A DNA stretch of 64,000 bases from an uncultured Candidatus Saccharibacteria bacterium. Its GTDB lineage: Bacteria > Patescibacteriota > Andersenbacteria > UBA10190. Under the pieces are notes generated by a model. That model was not told the DNA's origin and did not search any database. It saw only the letters and a list, made by a program, of their open reading frames with translations. Below, piece by piece: positions 48,151 through 57,804 of the stretch (position 1 is its first letter; every line of letters starts with the position of its first letter). The stretch lies in contig CAZSUC010000002.1 of assembly GCA_964610055.1 (NCBI GenBank), positions 82,283 to 146,282 of the forward strand, read 5' to 3'. Position numbers and translations under genes: made by a program.

Positions 48151-50565
48151 ATGACAGAAATATACGATTTTAAGAAAATAGAGCCGAAATGGCAGGCAAA
48201 GTGGGAGGAAGCGAGTATTTTTCAAGCGCATGATTTTACGGATAAACCAAAGAAATATGTTTTGGTAGAGTTTCCGTATCCTTCTGGAGACGGTTTACAT
48301 GTGGGGCATTGTCGAAGTTATACCGCGTTAGACATAGTTGCCCGCAAGGCGCGAATGTCTGGATTTAATGTGATGTATCCGATGGGATGGGATGCGTTTG
48401 GCTTGCCGACAGAAAACTATGCCATTAAAACCGGAGTGCACCCAGCAGTGGCGACCCGAAAGAACACGGATAATTTTAGACGGCAAATGAAATCATTAGG
48501 ATTTTCGTTTGATTGGTCACGAGAAATTAATACGACTGATCCGCAGTATTACAAATGGACACAGTGGATTTTCTTAAAGTTATTAGCGGCGGGGTTAGCA
48601 TATAAGGAGAAAATGCCGATTAATTGGTGTCCGTCGTGTAAAATTGGTTTGGCAAACGAAGAAGTAGTTAATGGTGCGTGTGAGCGATGTGGGGCAGAAG
48701 TGGAACAGCGCGAGATTGAGCAATGGATGCTTAAAATTACAGCGTATGCGGATAAATTACTGGAAGGTCTGGAACAGGTGGATTTCTTGGATCGGGTAAA
48801 GGAGCAACAGCGCAATTGGATTGGGAGATCAGAAGGAGCGGAGATTGATTTTGTGGTGGGGAGTGAAAAAGTAAGCGTATATACAACTCGAATTGATACG
48901 ATATTTGGGGTGACAGCGTTGGTTTTAGCGCCGGAACATGCATTGGTCAAACAATGGTTGGATAAAATTGAGAATCGTAAGGAAGTGGAGGAATATATTA
49001 ACCAGACACGCAAGAAATCAGAATTTGAGCGCAAAGAAACAATACAAGAGAAAACAGGAGTGGAGTTGAAAGGGATTCGGGCAATTAATCCGTTTACGCA
49101 AGATGAAGTGCCGGTTTGGATAGGTGATTACGTGATAGCAAGTTATGGATCGGGAGCAGTAATGATGGTGCCGGCGCATGATGAGCGGGACTTTGCATTT
49201 GCGCGCCAATATAATGTGCCGATTAAAATGGTAGTGAAATCAGAAAAACATTTAGATAATGAAGTGATGGATGCGGCTTTTACGGCGGATGGGGTGTTAG
49301 TTAATTCCGGAGAGTTCTCAGGGCAAAAAAGCCAAACTGCTCGAGACAATATGATAAACTGGGTTGAGCAAAATGGGTGTGGTCGGAAACGCATACAGTA
49401 TCATTTGCGTGACTGGGTGTTTTCTCGGCAACATTATTGGGGCGAGCCGATACCAGTAGTTTATTGTGAGCAATGCGGAATTGTGCCAGTTCCGGCAGCT
49501 GAATTACCGGTAACTTTACCAGAAGTGGAGAGATATGAGCCAACAGATACAGGAGAATCGCCGTTAGCGAGCATAGATGACTGGGTCAAGACGTCGTGTC
49601 CAAAGTGTGGTGGCGAGGCGAAACGAGAAACAGACACTATGCCGAACTGGGCAGGGTCAAGTTGGTATTTTTTACGATACATTGATCCGAAAAATGATGA
49701 GATGTTAGCGGATCCACAGAAATTAAAGTATTGGTTACCGGTTGATGTCTATAACGGAGGGATGGAGCATACTACTTTGCATTTACTGTATTCTCGTTTT
49801 TGGAATCAATTTTTATACGATCAGGGTATAGTGCCGGTCAGTGAGCCGTATGCTAAAAGAACTTCGCACGGTATGGTTTTAGGCGAAGGTGGGATTAAGA
49901 TGTCAAAATCGCGTGGTAATGTAATTAATCCGGATGATGTGGTGGCAGAGTACGGAGCTGATACATTAAGAACATATGAAATGTTTATGGGTCCATTTGA
50001 TGGGGCTAATGCGTGGAGTACGGACGGGATTGCAGGAGCGTCGCGATGGTTACGACGAGTTTGGGATTTAATAACAACAAGTGAGATTGGAACTGAAATG
50101 AACGAATCGTGGCAGTTGCGGATGCATGAAAGTATAAAACGAGTTACGGAGGCAATTGATCAGTTTAAATTTAACACGATAGTATCGGCTTTGATGGAAT
50201 GGTTGAATGCTTTAGAAAAACAAGAAGGCCAGAGCCGAGTAGAATTAGAGACATATGTTATTTTATTAGCACCATTGGCGCCTCATATTGCGGAAGAACT
50301 GTGGGAGTTTTTGGGGCATAAAGATTTAGTTGCAACGCAAGCTTGGCCAAAATATGAGGAGGAAATTTTAAAAAGCGGTTTAGTAACGCTAGCAATTCAG
50401 GTGAATGGTAAATTGCGTGGCAAATTAGAGTTAGAGCGTGGTGTCAAACAAGCAGACGTAGTGAAAGCAGCACAAGCCTTACCAAATGTAGCTAAATATT
50501 TAACGGGGGGGAAAGTAAAGAAAGAGATTTTTGTACCGGACAGGCTGATCAATTTTGTTGGTTAA
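48151..50565 (+). CDS. leuS: Leucine--tRNA ligase
   Basis: FPYPSGDGLHVGH, GWDAFGLP, DWVFSRQHYWG and KMSKS. Confidence 0.97.
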   Translation: MTEIYDFKKIEPKWQAKWEEASIFQAHDFTDKPKKYVLVEFPYPSGDGLHVGHCRSYTALDIVARKARMSGFNVMYPMGWDAFGLPTENYAIKTGVHPAVATRKNTDNFRRQMKSLGFSFDWSREINTTDPQYYKWTQWIFLKLLAAGLAYKEKMPINWCPSCKIGLANEEVVNGACERCGAEVEQREIEQWMLKITAYADKLLEGLEQVDFLDRVKEQQRNWIGRSEGAEIDFVVGSEKVSVYTTRIDTIFGVTALVLAPEHALVKQWLDKIENRKEVEEYINQTRKKSEFERKETIQEKTGVELKGIRAINPFTQDEVPVWIGDYVIASYGSGAVMMVPAHDERDFAFARQYNVPIKMVVKSEKHLDNEVMDAAFTADGVLVNSGEFSGQKSQTARDNMINWVEQNGCGRKRIQYHLRDWVFSRQHYWGEPIPVVYCEQCGIVPVPAAELPVTLPEVERYEPTDTGESPLASIDDWVKTSCPKCGGEAKRETDTMPNWAGSSWYFLRYIDPKNDEMLADPQKLKYWLPVDVYNGGMEHTTLHLLYSRFWNQFLYDQGIVPVSEPYAKRTSHGMVLGEGGIKMSKSRGNVINPDDVVAEYGADTLRTYEMFMGPFDGANAWSTDGIAGASRWLRRVWDLITTSEIGTEMNESWQLRMHESIKRVTEAIDQFKFNTIVSALMEWLNALEKQEGQSRVELETYVILLAPLAPHIAEELWEFLGHKDLVATQAWPKYEEEILKSGLVTLAIQVNGKLRGKLELERGVKQADVVKAAQALPNVAKYLTGGKVKKEIFVPDRLINFVG

Positions 50566-50587
50566 TAAGACCTGGTAAGATATAGGT

Positions 50588-53500
50588 ATGCCTACCTATA
50601 ATCGGCAAGCTTCGTTGCGACTACGATATCGAAGTAGTGGGTGGCGCGAAGTGTTGCCAAGTGTGCGTGGTTTAGCAACGATTATTTTAGTTGTGTCGTT
50701 AGTTGTAGGGGCGTGGCGATGGATTACTCAGCCGGCTGGGGTAGTAGCGTTACAGTTTACACCACATACGATTGGGAGCATGCCGGGATTGAGAGGAGTT
50801 TTGATTAAAGATGTTGATGGTGATGAACAGACAGATATTGTGACGGCAAGCCAGTACGGAGTTAAAGTTTGGCGTCAGACGGAGGCTTGGAAATTTGAGT
50901 GGACGCTAGTAACGGACAAGGATTCAGAACGAGTCTATGCTGATGATTTGGATGAAGATGGTGATGTTGATTTATTGATTACATATGCGAGTAGTACAAC
51001 CGGAGCGGAATGGTTTGAAAATTTGGGTGAGATGGAATTTACTGATCATCCTTTAACTGGTTGCGGAAAACAGGCAGTGGCAGCCATAGGAGATATTGAT
51101 GGAGATGGAAGTAAGGATATGGTTACAGCTGGTTCGTCGGGAGATAAACGAATATTAATACGATGGATCAATGACGGATCAGGCTCGTTTACAAAGACAC
51201 AATTAAGTGCCGACAGTGGAGTTAAGGCGGTCGCGATCGGAGATTTAGATGATGATGGATATAACGATATTGTGACTGGTGGCTCTCAGGGTTTGCAGCG
51301 CTGGGACACAGAAGATGGGTATAGCTGGACACGTAAGGATATTCAGGATGATCAAGAAGATCAGATTAGTTTAGATATTGCAAAAGATGAGTCGCAAGAA
51401 GATGTAGTGATTGGAGGAGTGGACGGAAGTGCGGTTAAATTATTTCGTTCAAATCAATATAATACGCAGACAATAAGTGAAGACGTAGACGGGAAAACTG
51501 TAGTGTTGGTGGATATGAATAATGACACTTATTTAGATGCAGTGGTGGCAGCACAAGATGATAATGAAGTTTATTGGTATCGAAATACGGGGGATGGAGA
51601 GTATGAGCGAGAGACCTTAGCTGCTGGGCTGCAGAGCGTATATGGAGTGGCCGTGGGGGATATTGATGGTGATGACGATTTGGATTTTGTGACAGGAGAT
51701 TTGTATGAGGGGGATATTCAAGTTTATGAGCGAACACGAACGGAGCCAGTGGCAGAAAAGCCCAGCAGTATTCAGCAAAGCACGAATGGATCCGGTTTAG
51801 TGACATTTGACGTAAAAGTGTCGGATGAAGATTATGATGAGACGCGCTTACGGGTACAATATTCAACTGATGGGGTTAGTTGGGATAAGCCTTGGATTAC
51901 AAAGATTAGTACTGATAATGGCGAAGCCGATATCATTAATCGAAATGGATTTCAAGTTGGAACAAGTGATGGGATTGATACAGATACAAATGATGACGTA
52001 ACGGTAACGTTTACATGGGATACAAAATCTATTCTGAATACAGGAGGCGCTTTAACCGGGGAATACACTAAGGTGTGGTTACGGGCTTTGCCCCGAGATG
52101 ATTACAGTACGGGAACGCATGCAGTGAGCGATGTTTTCGTGGTGGATAACCAGGCTCCCACCGGAGTGGGGGGATTAAAGATAGTATCTTTCACGAATGG
52201 CTCGGCAAGTATGAGTTGGAATAAACCGGCTGACAGTAGTAAGTATACTTATACAATTTATTACGGGACGGATAGTGCGGCAGTTTTAGATAAGGAATCG
52301 GATGTGTGGGATGGAGAAGACGATGAAAGAATGGATAAGACTGATACGTTGGATACGGTGATTACGGGATTGAAATCAAATACCGCGTATACGTTTAAGC
52401 TCTATGTAACGGATATCTATGGGAATGAAACAGCTGCTTCAAGTGTACGAGGAACTTCGCAAACGGTGACAGGTAGTGTTACACCAACACCGACCAGTAC
52501 AACTGCAACTGGAACGCCAACACCAACACCAAAAGAAACGACAGTACAGAGCGCGACACCGGCGGTAGAAGCAACGCCAACGTCAACCCCAGTGCCAACA
52601 TCGGTAAAATTACCAAGCACTTTGGAAGATAATCGAGCACCGGTGGCGGACGCGGGAACGGATCAAGTGGTGAATCCGAAAGCGTTAGTTGTATTAGATG
52701 GGTCAGCATCTTATGACCCGGATGTTGGCGATACTGGTTCATTAAGTTATCGTTGGCGTCAATTAAGTGGATCGGCGGTTAAATTACAATCAGCATCAAC
52801 TTCGCAAGCCTCTTTGGTGGCGGGGAGTGAAAATGATTCGTATGTATTCGCTTTGACGGTTAGCGATACGATGGGGGCTTCAGCGACTGATACGGTAACA
52901 GTGGCGGTAAGAGCTTTAGCAACTGAAAGCACAGTGCCGATTGCAGTGGGTGGTGAAACGTCGCCTGTACCAACGCAATTACCAGAGCCAGAAGAAACTG
53001 AACCGGCTTTTGTACGCCACGTGCTTAAGCCGGCGGATATTGTGTTGTTTATTCTGTCAGTATTATCAACTTTAGTGTTAGTAATTGAGCGTATTTTGCG
53101 ATCTTGGAATAGTCGAACTAATCGAGTTCCGCGTGCGGTGCTAGGGGGAGGTCGGGACAGTTTACAAGGGAAAGTGATTCATTATAAAACGGGAGAGCCA
53201 ATTGTAGGGGCACGCATAATGATTTATGACGGAGAGGGTAAATTGCGAGCAACAGAAGTAACAACTGATCAAGGTACGTTCCCAACATTTTTCCCGGCTG
53301 GACAATATACTTTAGGTGTTAAGATGACTGGATTTACATTTGCGCCGGCGGCAAAAGCCGTTGTGCCAGAAAATAGTATTGTTTATAGTGGCGGTAAGTT
53401 AACAGTGCAAGATCCGAATCAACCGCTTTCGATTGTGATTCCTATGAAGCCAACGGCGGGAGAAGTATCGTCAATGCGAGTACAAGTTTTGCATGCATGG

Positions 53501-53980
53501 CAATCGGTGCAGCGATGGGGAAGAATGTTGTCTTGGCCGTTATTCTTAGCTGGTTCATTGCTAAATACAGCCTTAATTTTTATTGTGCCATCGCTTTCAT
53601 ATTTGGCATTAGAAGGGTTGTATATAGGTTTGATTATTGCGAAGATTGCGTTAGAAGTGAGGATGCGTCCAGCGTATGGGTTAGTTAGAGACGCGATTAC
53701 GCATGTGTCATTAGATTTAGCAGTGGTACGATTATTAGAACAAAAAACAAATCGATTAGTGATGACGCGAGTAACAAATAGTCAGGGAAAGTTTTTTGCC
53801 TTACCGCCCGCAGGAGTATATCGAGTAACAGTAACAAAGCCGGGATATGCGAGTTTTAGTCGAGATGATGTTGAAATTAAATCGGAGCATGATACAACAT
53901 TGCAAATGACAGCTGATTTAATGCCGATTGCTCCGCAAACGACGCGAGGATTGGTAGGCGCGCGAGCAGCAGTGTTGTAA
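50588..53980 (+). CDS. Large surface protein: FG-GAP/VCBS repeats, Fn3, Thr/Pro linker, PKD-like domain, TM helices and carboxypeptidase-regulatory-like domains
   Basis: Repeated D(I/L/V)DGDG.D motifs, WNKP...Y..Y...GLKSNTAY (Fn3), TPTPT linker, NRAPVADAG.DQ and LDGSASYDPD (PKD). Confidence 0.82.
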   Translation: MPTYNRQASLRLRYRSSGWREVLPSVRGLATIILVVSLVVGAWRWITQPAGVVALQFTPHTIGSMPGLRGVLIKDVDGDEQTDIVTASQYGVKVWRQTEAWKFEWTLVTDKDSERVYADDLDEDGDVDLLITYASSTTGAEWFENLGEMEFTDHPLTGCGKQAVAAIGDIDGDGSKDMVTAGSSGDKRILIRWINDGSGSFTKTQLSADSGVKAVAIGDLDDDGYNDIVTGGSQGLQRWDTEDGYSWTRKDIQDDQEDQISLDIAKDESQEDVVIGGVDGSAVKLFRSNQYNTQTISEDVDGKTVVLVDMNNDTYLDAVVAAQDDNEVYWYRNTGDGEYERETLAAGLQSVYGVAVGDIDGDDDLDFVTGDLYEGDIQVYERTRTEPVAEKPSSIQQSTNGSGLVTFDVKVSDEDYDETRLRVQYSTDGVSWDKPWITKISTDNGEADIINRNGFQVGTSDGIDTDTNDDVTVTFTWDTKSILNTGGALTGEYTKVWLRALPRDDYSTGTHAVSDVFVVDNQAPTGVGGLKIVSFTNGSASMSWNKPADSSKYTYTIYYGTDSAAVLDKESDVWDGEDDERMDKTDTLDTVITGLKSNTAYTFKLYVTDIYGNETAASSVRGTSQTVTGSVTPTPTSTTATGTPTPTPKETTVQSATPAVEATPTSTPVPTSVKLPSTLEDNRAPVADAGTDQVVNPKALVVLDGSASYDPDVGDTGSLSYRWRQLSGSAVKLQSASTSQASLVAGSENDSYVFALTVSDTMGASATDTVTVAVRALATESTVPIAVGGETSPVPTQLPEPEETEPAFVRHVLKPADIVLFILSVLSTLVLVIERILRSWNSRTNRVPRAVLGGGRDSLQGKVIHYKTGEPIVGARIMIYDGEGKLRATEVTTDQGTFPTFFPAGQYTLGVKMTGFTFAPAAKAVVPENSIVYSGGKLTVQDPNQPLSIVIPMKPTAGEVSSMRVQVLHAWQSVQRWGRMLSWPLFLAGSLLNTALIFIVPSLSYLALEGLYIGLIIAKIALEVRMRPAYGLVRDAITHVSLDLAVVRLLEQKTNRLVMTRVTNSQGKFFALPPAGVYRVTVTKPGYASFSRDDVEIKSEHDTTLQMTADLMPIAPQTTRGLVGARAAVL

Positions 53981-54043
53981 TGGTCTGGACTTTAGGGGGA
54001 GAGTTAGTTTAACGTAATAACAAGATTAATAATCATACGATAT

Positions 54044-54730
54044 ATGAAAGCAGTTGTTTTAATGGCCGGGAAAGGCACGAGAATGGCTAAATATTATGAA
54101 GGTCCAAAGCAACTTTTGCCTGTGCAAGGTAAGCCGGTAGTTGAGCACGCCTTAGATATGTTGCCAGCAGAAATTGAGAGTCTTGTGTTTGTGGTGGGAG
54201 GACCACATGAACAAACGATTCGAGAGTATTTTAAAGCTGGTGAGTATGGTGGTCGTCCAATTGAATTTGTACAGCAAAAAGAACAATTAGGGTTAGCGCA
54301 TGCGTTTAAGACAGCTGCTCATTTATTGGAAGGACGTTGGTTGGGAATGGTTGGTGATGATATTTTTGGACCAGAGGGGATGAAGAGTTTGGTAAAAGAA
54401 CCTTTGTCAGTGTTAGCGTCACGAGTACCGAATCCACAGAATTTTGGTGTATTAGTAACGGATGAAAATGGTTATTTAGTGAAGTCAGTTGAAAAGCCCC
54501 AAGAGTTTATTTCTGATTTAGCTTGGAATGGGGCGATGGTGATGGATGAATCGTTTTTTGAATTAGAGGTAGCGCCGTCAGCGCGAGGTGAGTACGAAAC
54601 GCCAGATGTCTGGATGAAGATGATTACTGATAGAAAAGCGCAGATTAAAGTGGTGGAGGCTGATTTTTGGTTGCCAATCAATGATAAAGACCAGCTAGAA
54701 GAAGCAGAAAGAATTTTGGCGGAGAAATAG
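54044..54730 (+). CDS. Sugar-phosphate nucleotidyltransferase
   Basis: MAGKGTRM..PKQLL, QLGLAHA, GDD, VEKP and SARGEYE. Confidence 0.88.
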   Translation: MKAVVLMAGKGTRMAKYYEGPKQLLPVQGKPVVEHALDMLPAEIESLVFVVGGPHEQTIREYFKAGEYGGRPIEFVQQKEQLGLAHAFKTAAHLLEGRWLGMVGDDIFGPEGMKSLVKEPLSVLASRVPNPQNFGVLVTDENGYLVKSVEKPQEFISDLAWNGAMVMDESFFELEVAPSARGEYETPDVWMKMITDRKAQIKVVEADFWLPINDKDQLEEAERILAEK

Positions 54731-54746
54731 GTTGTAACGCTAGGGA

Positions 54747-56066
54747 TTAAGCGCGGCCAACAGAGTGATAAACAAAGCCGCGCTTTTCCATGTCGGTCGG
54801 ATCAAACATATTGCGGCCATCAACAATAATAGGGCTGGTTAACATTTGGCTAACTTTATCCCAGTCTGGTTCTTTGAATTCATCCCAGTCAGTGAGAATA
54901 ACAAGAGCGTCTGCGCCTTTAAGGGCATCATATTTATCAGTAACGTACGTGACTTGATCACCAATAACCTCTTGGGCAGTAACACGTGCTTCAGGATCGT
55001 AAGCTTGCAGCAAGGCGCCGTCGTGGTGGAGTTGTTTAACAATATCAATGGAGGGAGCATTGCGCATGTCATCGGTGTTGGCTTTGAAAGCTAGTCCCCA
55101 GATGGCAATGGTTTTGCCTTTAGTGACCCAAAGCGCTTGCTCGATTTTTTGCAGAAAGAGCTGTTTAGCTTGTTCATTGATTTGAGCAACTTCTTTTAAA
55201 AGGCCAAAGCCATAACCTAGTTCTTCGGAAATGGTAATAAAAGCAGAAACGTCTTTCGGAAAGCAGGAACCGCCATAACCAACTCCGGCTTTTAAGAAAT
55301 GAGAGCCAATACGTTTGTCGGAGCCCATACCGGCAACAACTTGATCAATGTTAGCGCCAGATAATTCACAGATTCGAGCCAAAGCATTAGCAAAAGAGAT
55401 CTTGGTGGCTAGAAATGAGTTGCTGGCATGTTTGATTATCTCGGCGCTTTTAACGTCAGTGACAATGAAGGGTGCGTTAATGGGAGCATAGATTTCGCGC
55501 ATAATTTTTTCGGCGCGAGGATTGTCGACGCCAACTACGACGCGATCTGGCTTGAGAAAATCTTCAATAGCCGAACCTTCGCGTAAGAATTCAGGGTTGC
55601 TAACAACGTCAAAATCAATGCCACGCTTGTTGTATCGAGCAATAGTTTCGCTAACACGTTCGCCGGTTTGGACTGGAACAGTGCTTTTGTCGACAACAAC
55701 TTTATAGCTATCAGCGACTTCAGCGATTTCACGTGCGGCTCCAGCAACGTAAGAAAGGTCAGCTCGGCCGTTGGCCTGAGGCGGAGTATTAACAGCAATG
55801 AAAATCACATCAGAAGCTGCAACAGCATCTTTAAGACTGGTAGTGAATGAAAGGCGTTTGGCTTTGACATTTTTTAGAACCAATTCTTTGAGTCCAGGCT
55901 CGTAAATTGGAATAGTGCCTTCTTTAAGACGGTCAATTTTTTGTTTGTTATTATCAACTAAAATGACAGTGTGGCCGATTTCGGCTAAACAAGTACCGGA
56001 TACGAGACCAACATAACCGGCGCCAATGAAGGCTAATTTGTGAGTGCGATGTGTTTGGTTTGACAT
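54747..56066 (-). CDS. ugd: UDP-glucose 6-dehydrogenase
   Basis: GAGYVGL, PIYEPGL, KSTVP, SNPEFLREG, GYGGSCFPKD and GLAFK.NTDDMR; start MSNQ at 56066. Confidence 0.93.
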   Translation of the reverse strand: MSNQTHRTHKLAFIGAGYVGLVSGTCLAEIGHTVILVDNNKQKIDRLKEGTIPIYEPGLKELVLKNVKAKRLSFTTSLKDAVAASDVIFIAVNTPPQANGRADLSYVAGAAREIAEVADSYKVVVDKSTVPVQTGERVSETIARYNKRGIDFDVVSNPEFLREGSAIEDFLKPDRVVVGVDNPRAEKIMREIYAPINAPFIVTDVKSAEIIKHASNSFLATKISFANALARICELSGANIDQVVAGMGSDKRIGSHFLKAGVGYGGSCFPKDVSAFITISEELGYGFGLLKEVAQINEQAKQLFLQKIEQALWVTKGKTIAIWGLAFKANTDDMRNAPSIDIVKQLHHDGALLQAYDPEARVTAQEVIGDQVTYVTDKYDALKGADALVILTDWDEFKEPDWDKVSQMLTSPIIVDGRNMFDPTDMEKRGFVYHSVGRA

Positions 56067-56133
56067 AAGAGAAAAATAGTTGATGAATGTATAAAAGTCA
56101 AAATGGTTTTCTAAATACAGTATACTAAAGAGG

Positions 56134-57309
56134 ATGCATATGCACATCCAACCGGCACCGCGATTTTGGGGGTGCGCGTTTAGTTTAACGGCCAAGCGTC
56201 AAATTAGGGAATTATATGCCTTTTTGGCGATTTTTTCGTTGGCTTTGGCGATGATTACAGTTTTTGAGCCGATTTTTTTCTATCAACTTGGATTCTCAGT
56301 TAGCAAAATTTTAGGATATTATGCTTTGCACTATAGTGCATATGTTTTATTGATGCCGTGGGGAGCAAAGTTTGCGGCACGGTTTGGTTATGAAAAATCA
56401 TTAGTTGTTTCCACGCCAATTTTGGCAATTTATTTTTTAGTCTTAGCAAGTTTGCCAGCAAGACCCGAATTATTTTGGGTGGCGTTTGTATTGTTAGCAG
56501 CACATAAGTCATTTTATTGGCCGGCATATCATGCAACTTTCATGGCATATTCGGTAGACGGAAATCGAGGAACAGAGCAGGGATGGCAAAGATTAATTAT
56601 TTATGGGATCGGAATAATTGGTCCGTTAGCTGGTGGAGTTGTAATTACTTGGTTTGGATTTCCGGTGTTATTTGTGATTGTGGCAGGAACGTTGGCGTTG
56701 GCTGGTATACCTTTATTAAGAACACGAGAAAAGCAAAGTGGTCGGACGTTGTCTTATAATGCTGCGTGGGAAATAGCAAAACGTCCAAGTGAACGCCGAT
56801 TACGTTGGTCAACCATTGGATGGGCAGAACATTTAGTGCATACCGTGATATGGCCGATTTGGTTATTTATGGTGTTAGAGAGTGCAGATATGTTAGGTTT
56901 GGTAGTTTCGATTAGCGTGGCTATTATGACGGTGTGGGGGTTTGTGGTAGGAGAATTAGCGGACCGGCGGACGCCGAGACAGGTTTTGCAATGGGGAGCG
57001 GTTGGCTTGGCCGGGACTTATATAATCAGAGCTGTGTCAGGAACTCCAATTAGTGTCATTGGTGCCGACGTGCTGGCTCGTGTCGGGAACACGTCGATGG
57101 AAGTGCCGTTGTTAGCCAGATTATATAAGTTGGGCAAACAAAAAGGAGCTTTGAAATATGCCTTAACGTTCGAAACGTTGCTGGCAGTGGCGAAAGCGGC
57201 GATGGCGATTATATTGTTAGTAATGTTTTGGTGGTTGCCGTCGTCGACAGCATTTGTGATGGCATTTGCTTTAGCTGGGGTAGCTGCGTTGTTTTATCGC
57301 GCTTTATAA
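56134..57309 (+). CDS. MFS-type transporter
   Basis: About 12 TM helices; GAKFAARFG and GELADRR loop motifs. Confidence 0.8.
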   Translation: MHMHIQPAPRFWGCAFSLTAKRQIRELYAFLAIFSLALAMITVFEPIFFYQLGFSVSKILGYYALHYSAYVLLMPWGAKFAARFGYEKSLVVSTPILAIYFLVLASLPARPELFWVAFVLLAAHKSFYWPAYHATFMAYSVDGNRGTEQGWQRLIIYGIGIIGPLAGGVVITWFGFPVLFVIVAGTLALAGIPLLRTREKQSGRTLSYNAAWEIAKRPSERRLRWSTIGWAEHLVHTVIWPIWLFMVLESADMLGLVVSISVAIMTVWGFVVGELADRRTPRQVLQWGAVGLAGTYIIRAVSGTPISVIGADVLARVGNTSMEVPLLARLYKLGKQKGALKYALTFETLLAVAKAAMAIILLVMFWWLPSSTAFVMAFALAGVAALFYRAL

Positions 57310-57338
57310 TAAAAGGAAGTTCGGTGGTATTGGTTGTA

Positions 57339-57354
57339 GTTCTTTAACAAGAAA
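57339..57354 (+). promoter_or_regulatory. boxA-like leader element GTTCTTTAACAAGAAA followed by SD GGAGGT
   Basis: 15/16 identical to 29140-29155; TATAAT at 57305-57310. Confidence 0.5.
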
Positions 57355-57365
57355 GGAGGTAACAC

Positions 57366-57752
57366 GTGTTATTGACTAAGACGAATGTTGGGCGTGTGGC
57401 AGAGTTGTTACAGTTAGTGTTGGGAACTGACCCGTATGCCATGGTAGTGGGGGATGCGGGGTACGAAGAAGGCGAGTTGCAAGCGTTAACGGGCTTGCGT
57501 TTGGATGCAGGTGGGGCAATGGAAATCGTGCAGGAAGAGGGGGCAGTACGGCTGATTGTGCATGGAGTGCCATGGGAATGGAACTGCGCTACGAGGGCTG
57601 ATGATGATGGCCATGATGACTATGGATATGACTTGCCAGATTTTACATTTAGGGAGGGATGGGTGCTGGTCACGGATTGCAGCTCCGAAGGGAATAGGCG
57701 GTATACGGTCTTTGTGCCCGGAATTACTGCTTATGCAGAAGAATCGGAGTGA
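57366..57752 (+). CDS. Hypothetical acidic protein
   Basis: Strong SD AGGAGGT before the GTG start; followed by a long hairpin. Confidence 0.65.
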   Translation: MLLTKTNVGRVAELLQLVLGTDPYAMVVGDAGYEEGELQALTGLRLDAGGAMEIVQEEGAVRLIVHGVPWEWNCATRADDDGHDDYGYDLPDFTFREGWVLVTDCSSEGNRRYTVFVPGITAYAEESE

Positions 57753-57758
57753 ACCCAA

Positions 57759-57791
57759 AAGGCTCTGCTGAACTATGTTTAGCAGAGCCTT
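57759..57791. terminator. Hairpin between a convergent ORF and tRNA (probably bidirectional terminator)
   Basis: AAGGCTCTGCTGAAC-TAT-GTTTAGCAGAGCCTT. Confidence 0.7.
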
Positions 57792-57804
57792 AATACTTAA
57801 TTAG

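Noticed and set aside
52480-52600. ACACCAAC-type repeats as a DNA repeat element
   Set aside because: Fully explained by the Thr/Pro linker coding sequence of the FG-GAP protein.
57310-57804. Island integrated at tRNA-Leu
   Set aside because: A single ORF, with no att duplication of the tRNA 3' end and no recombinase.
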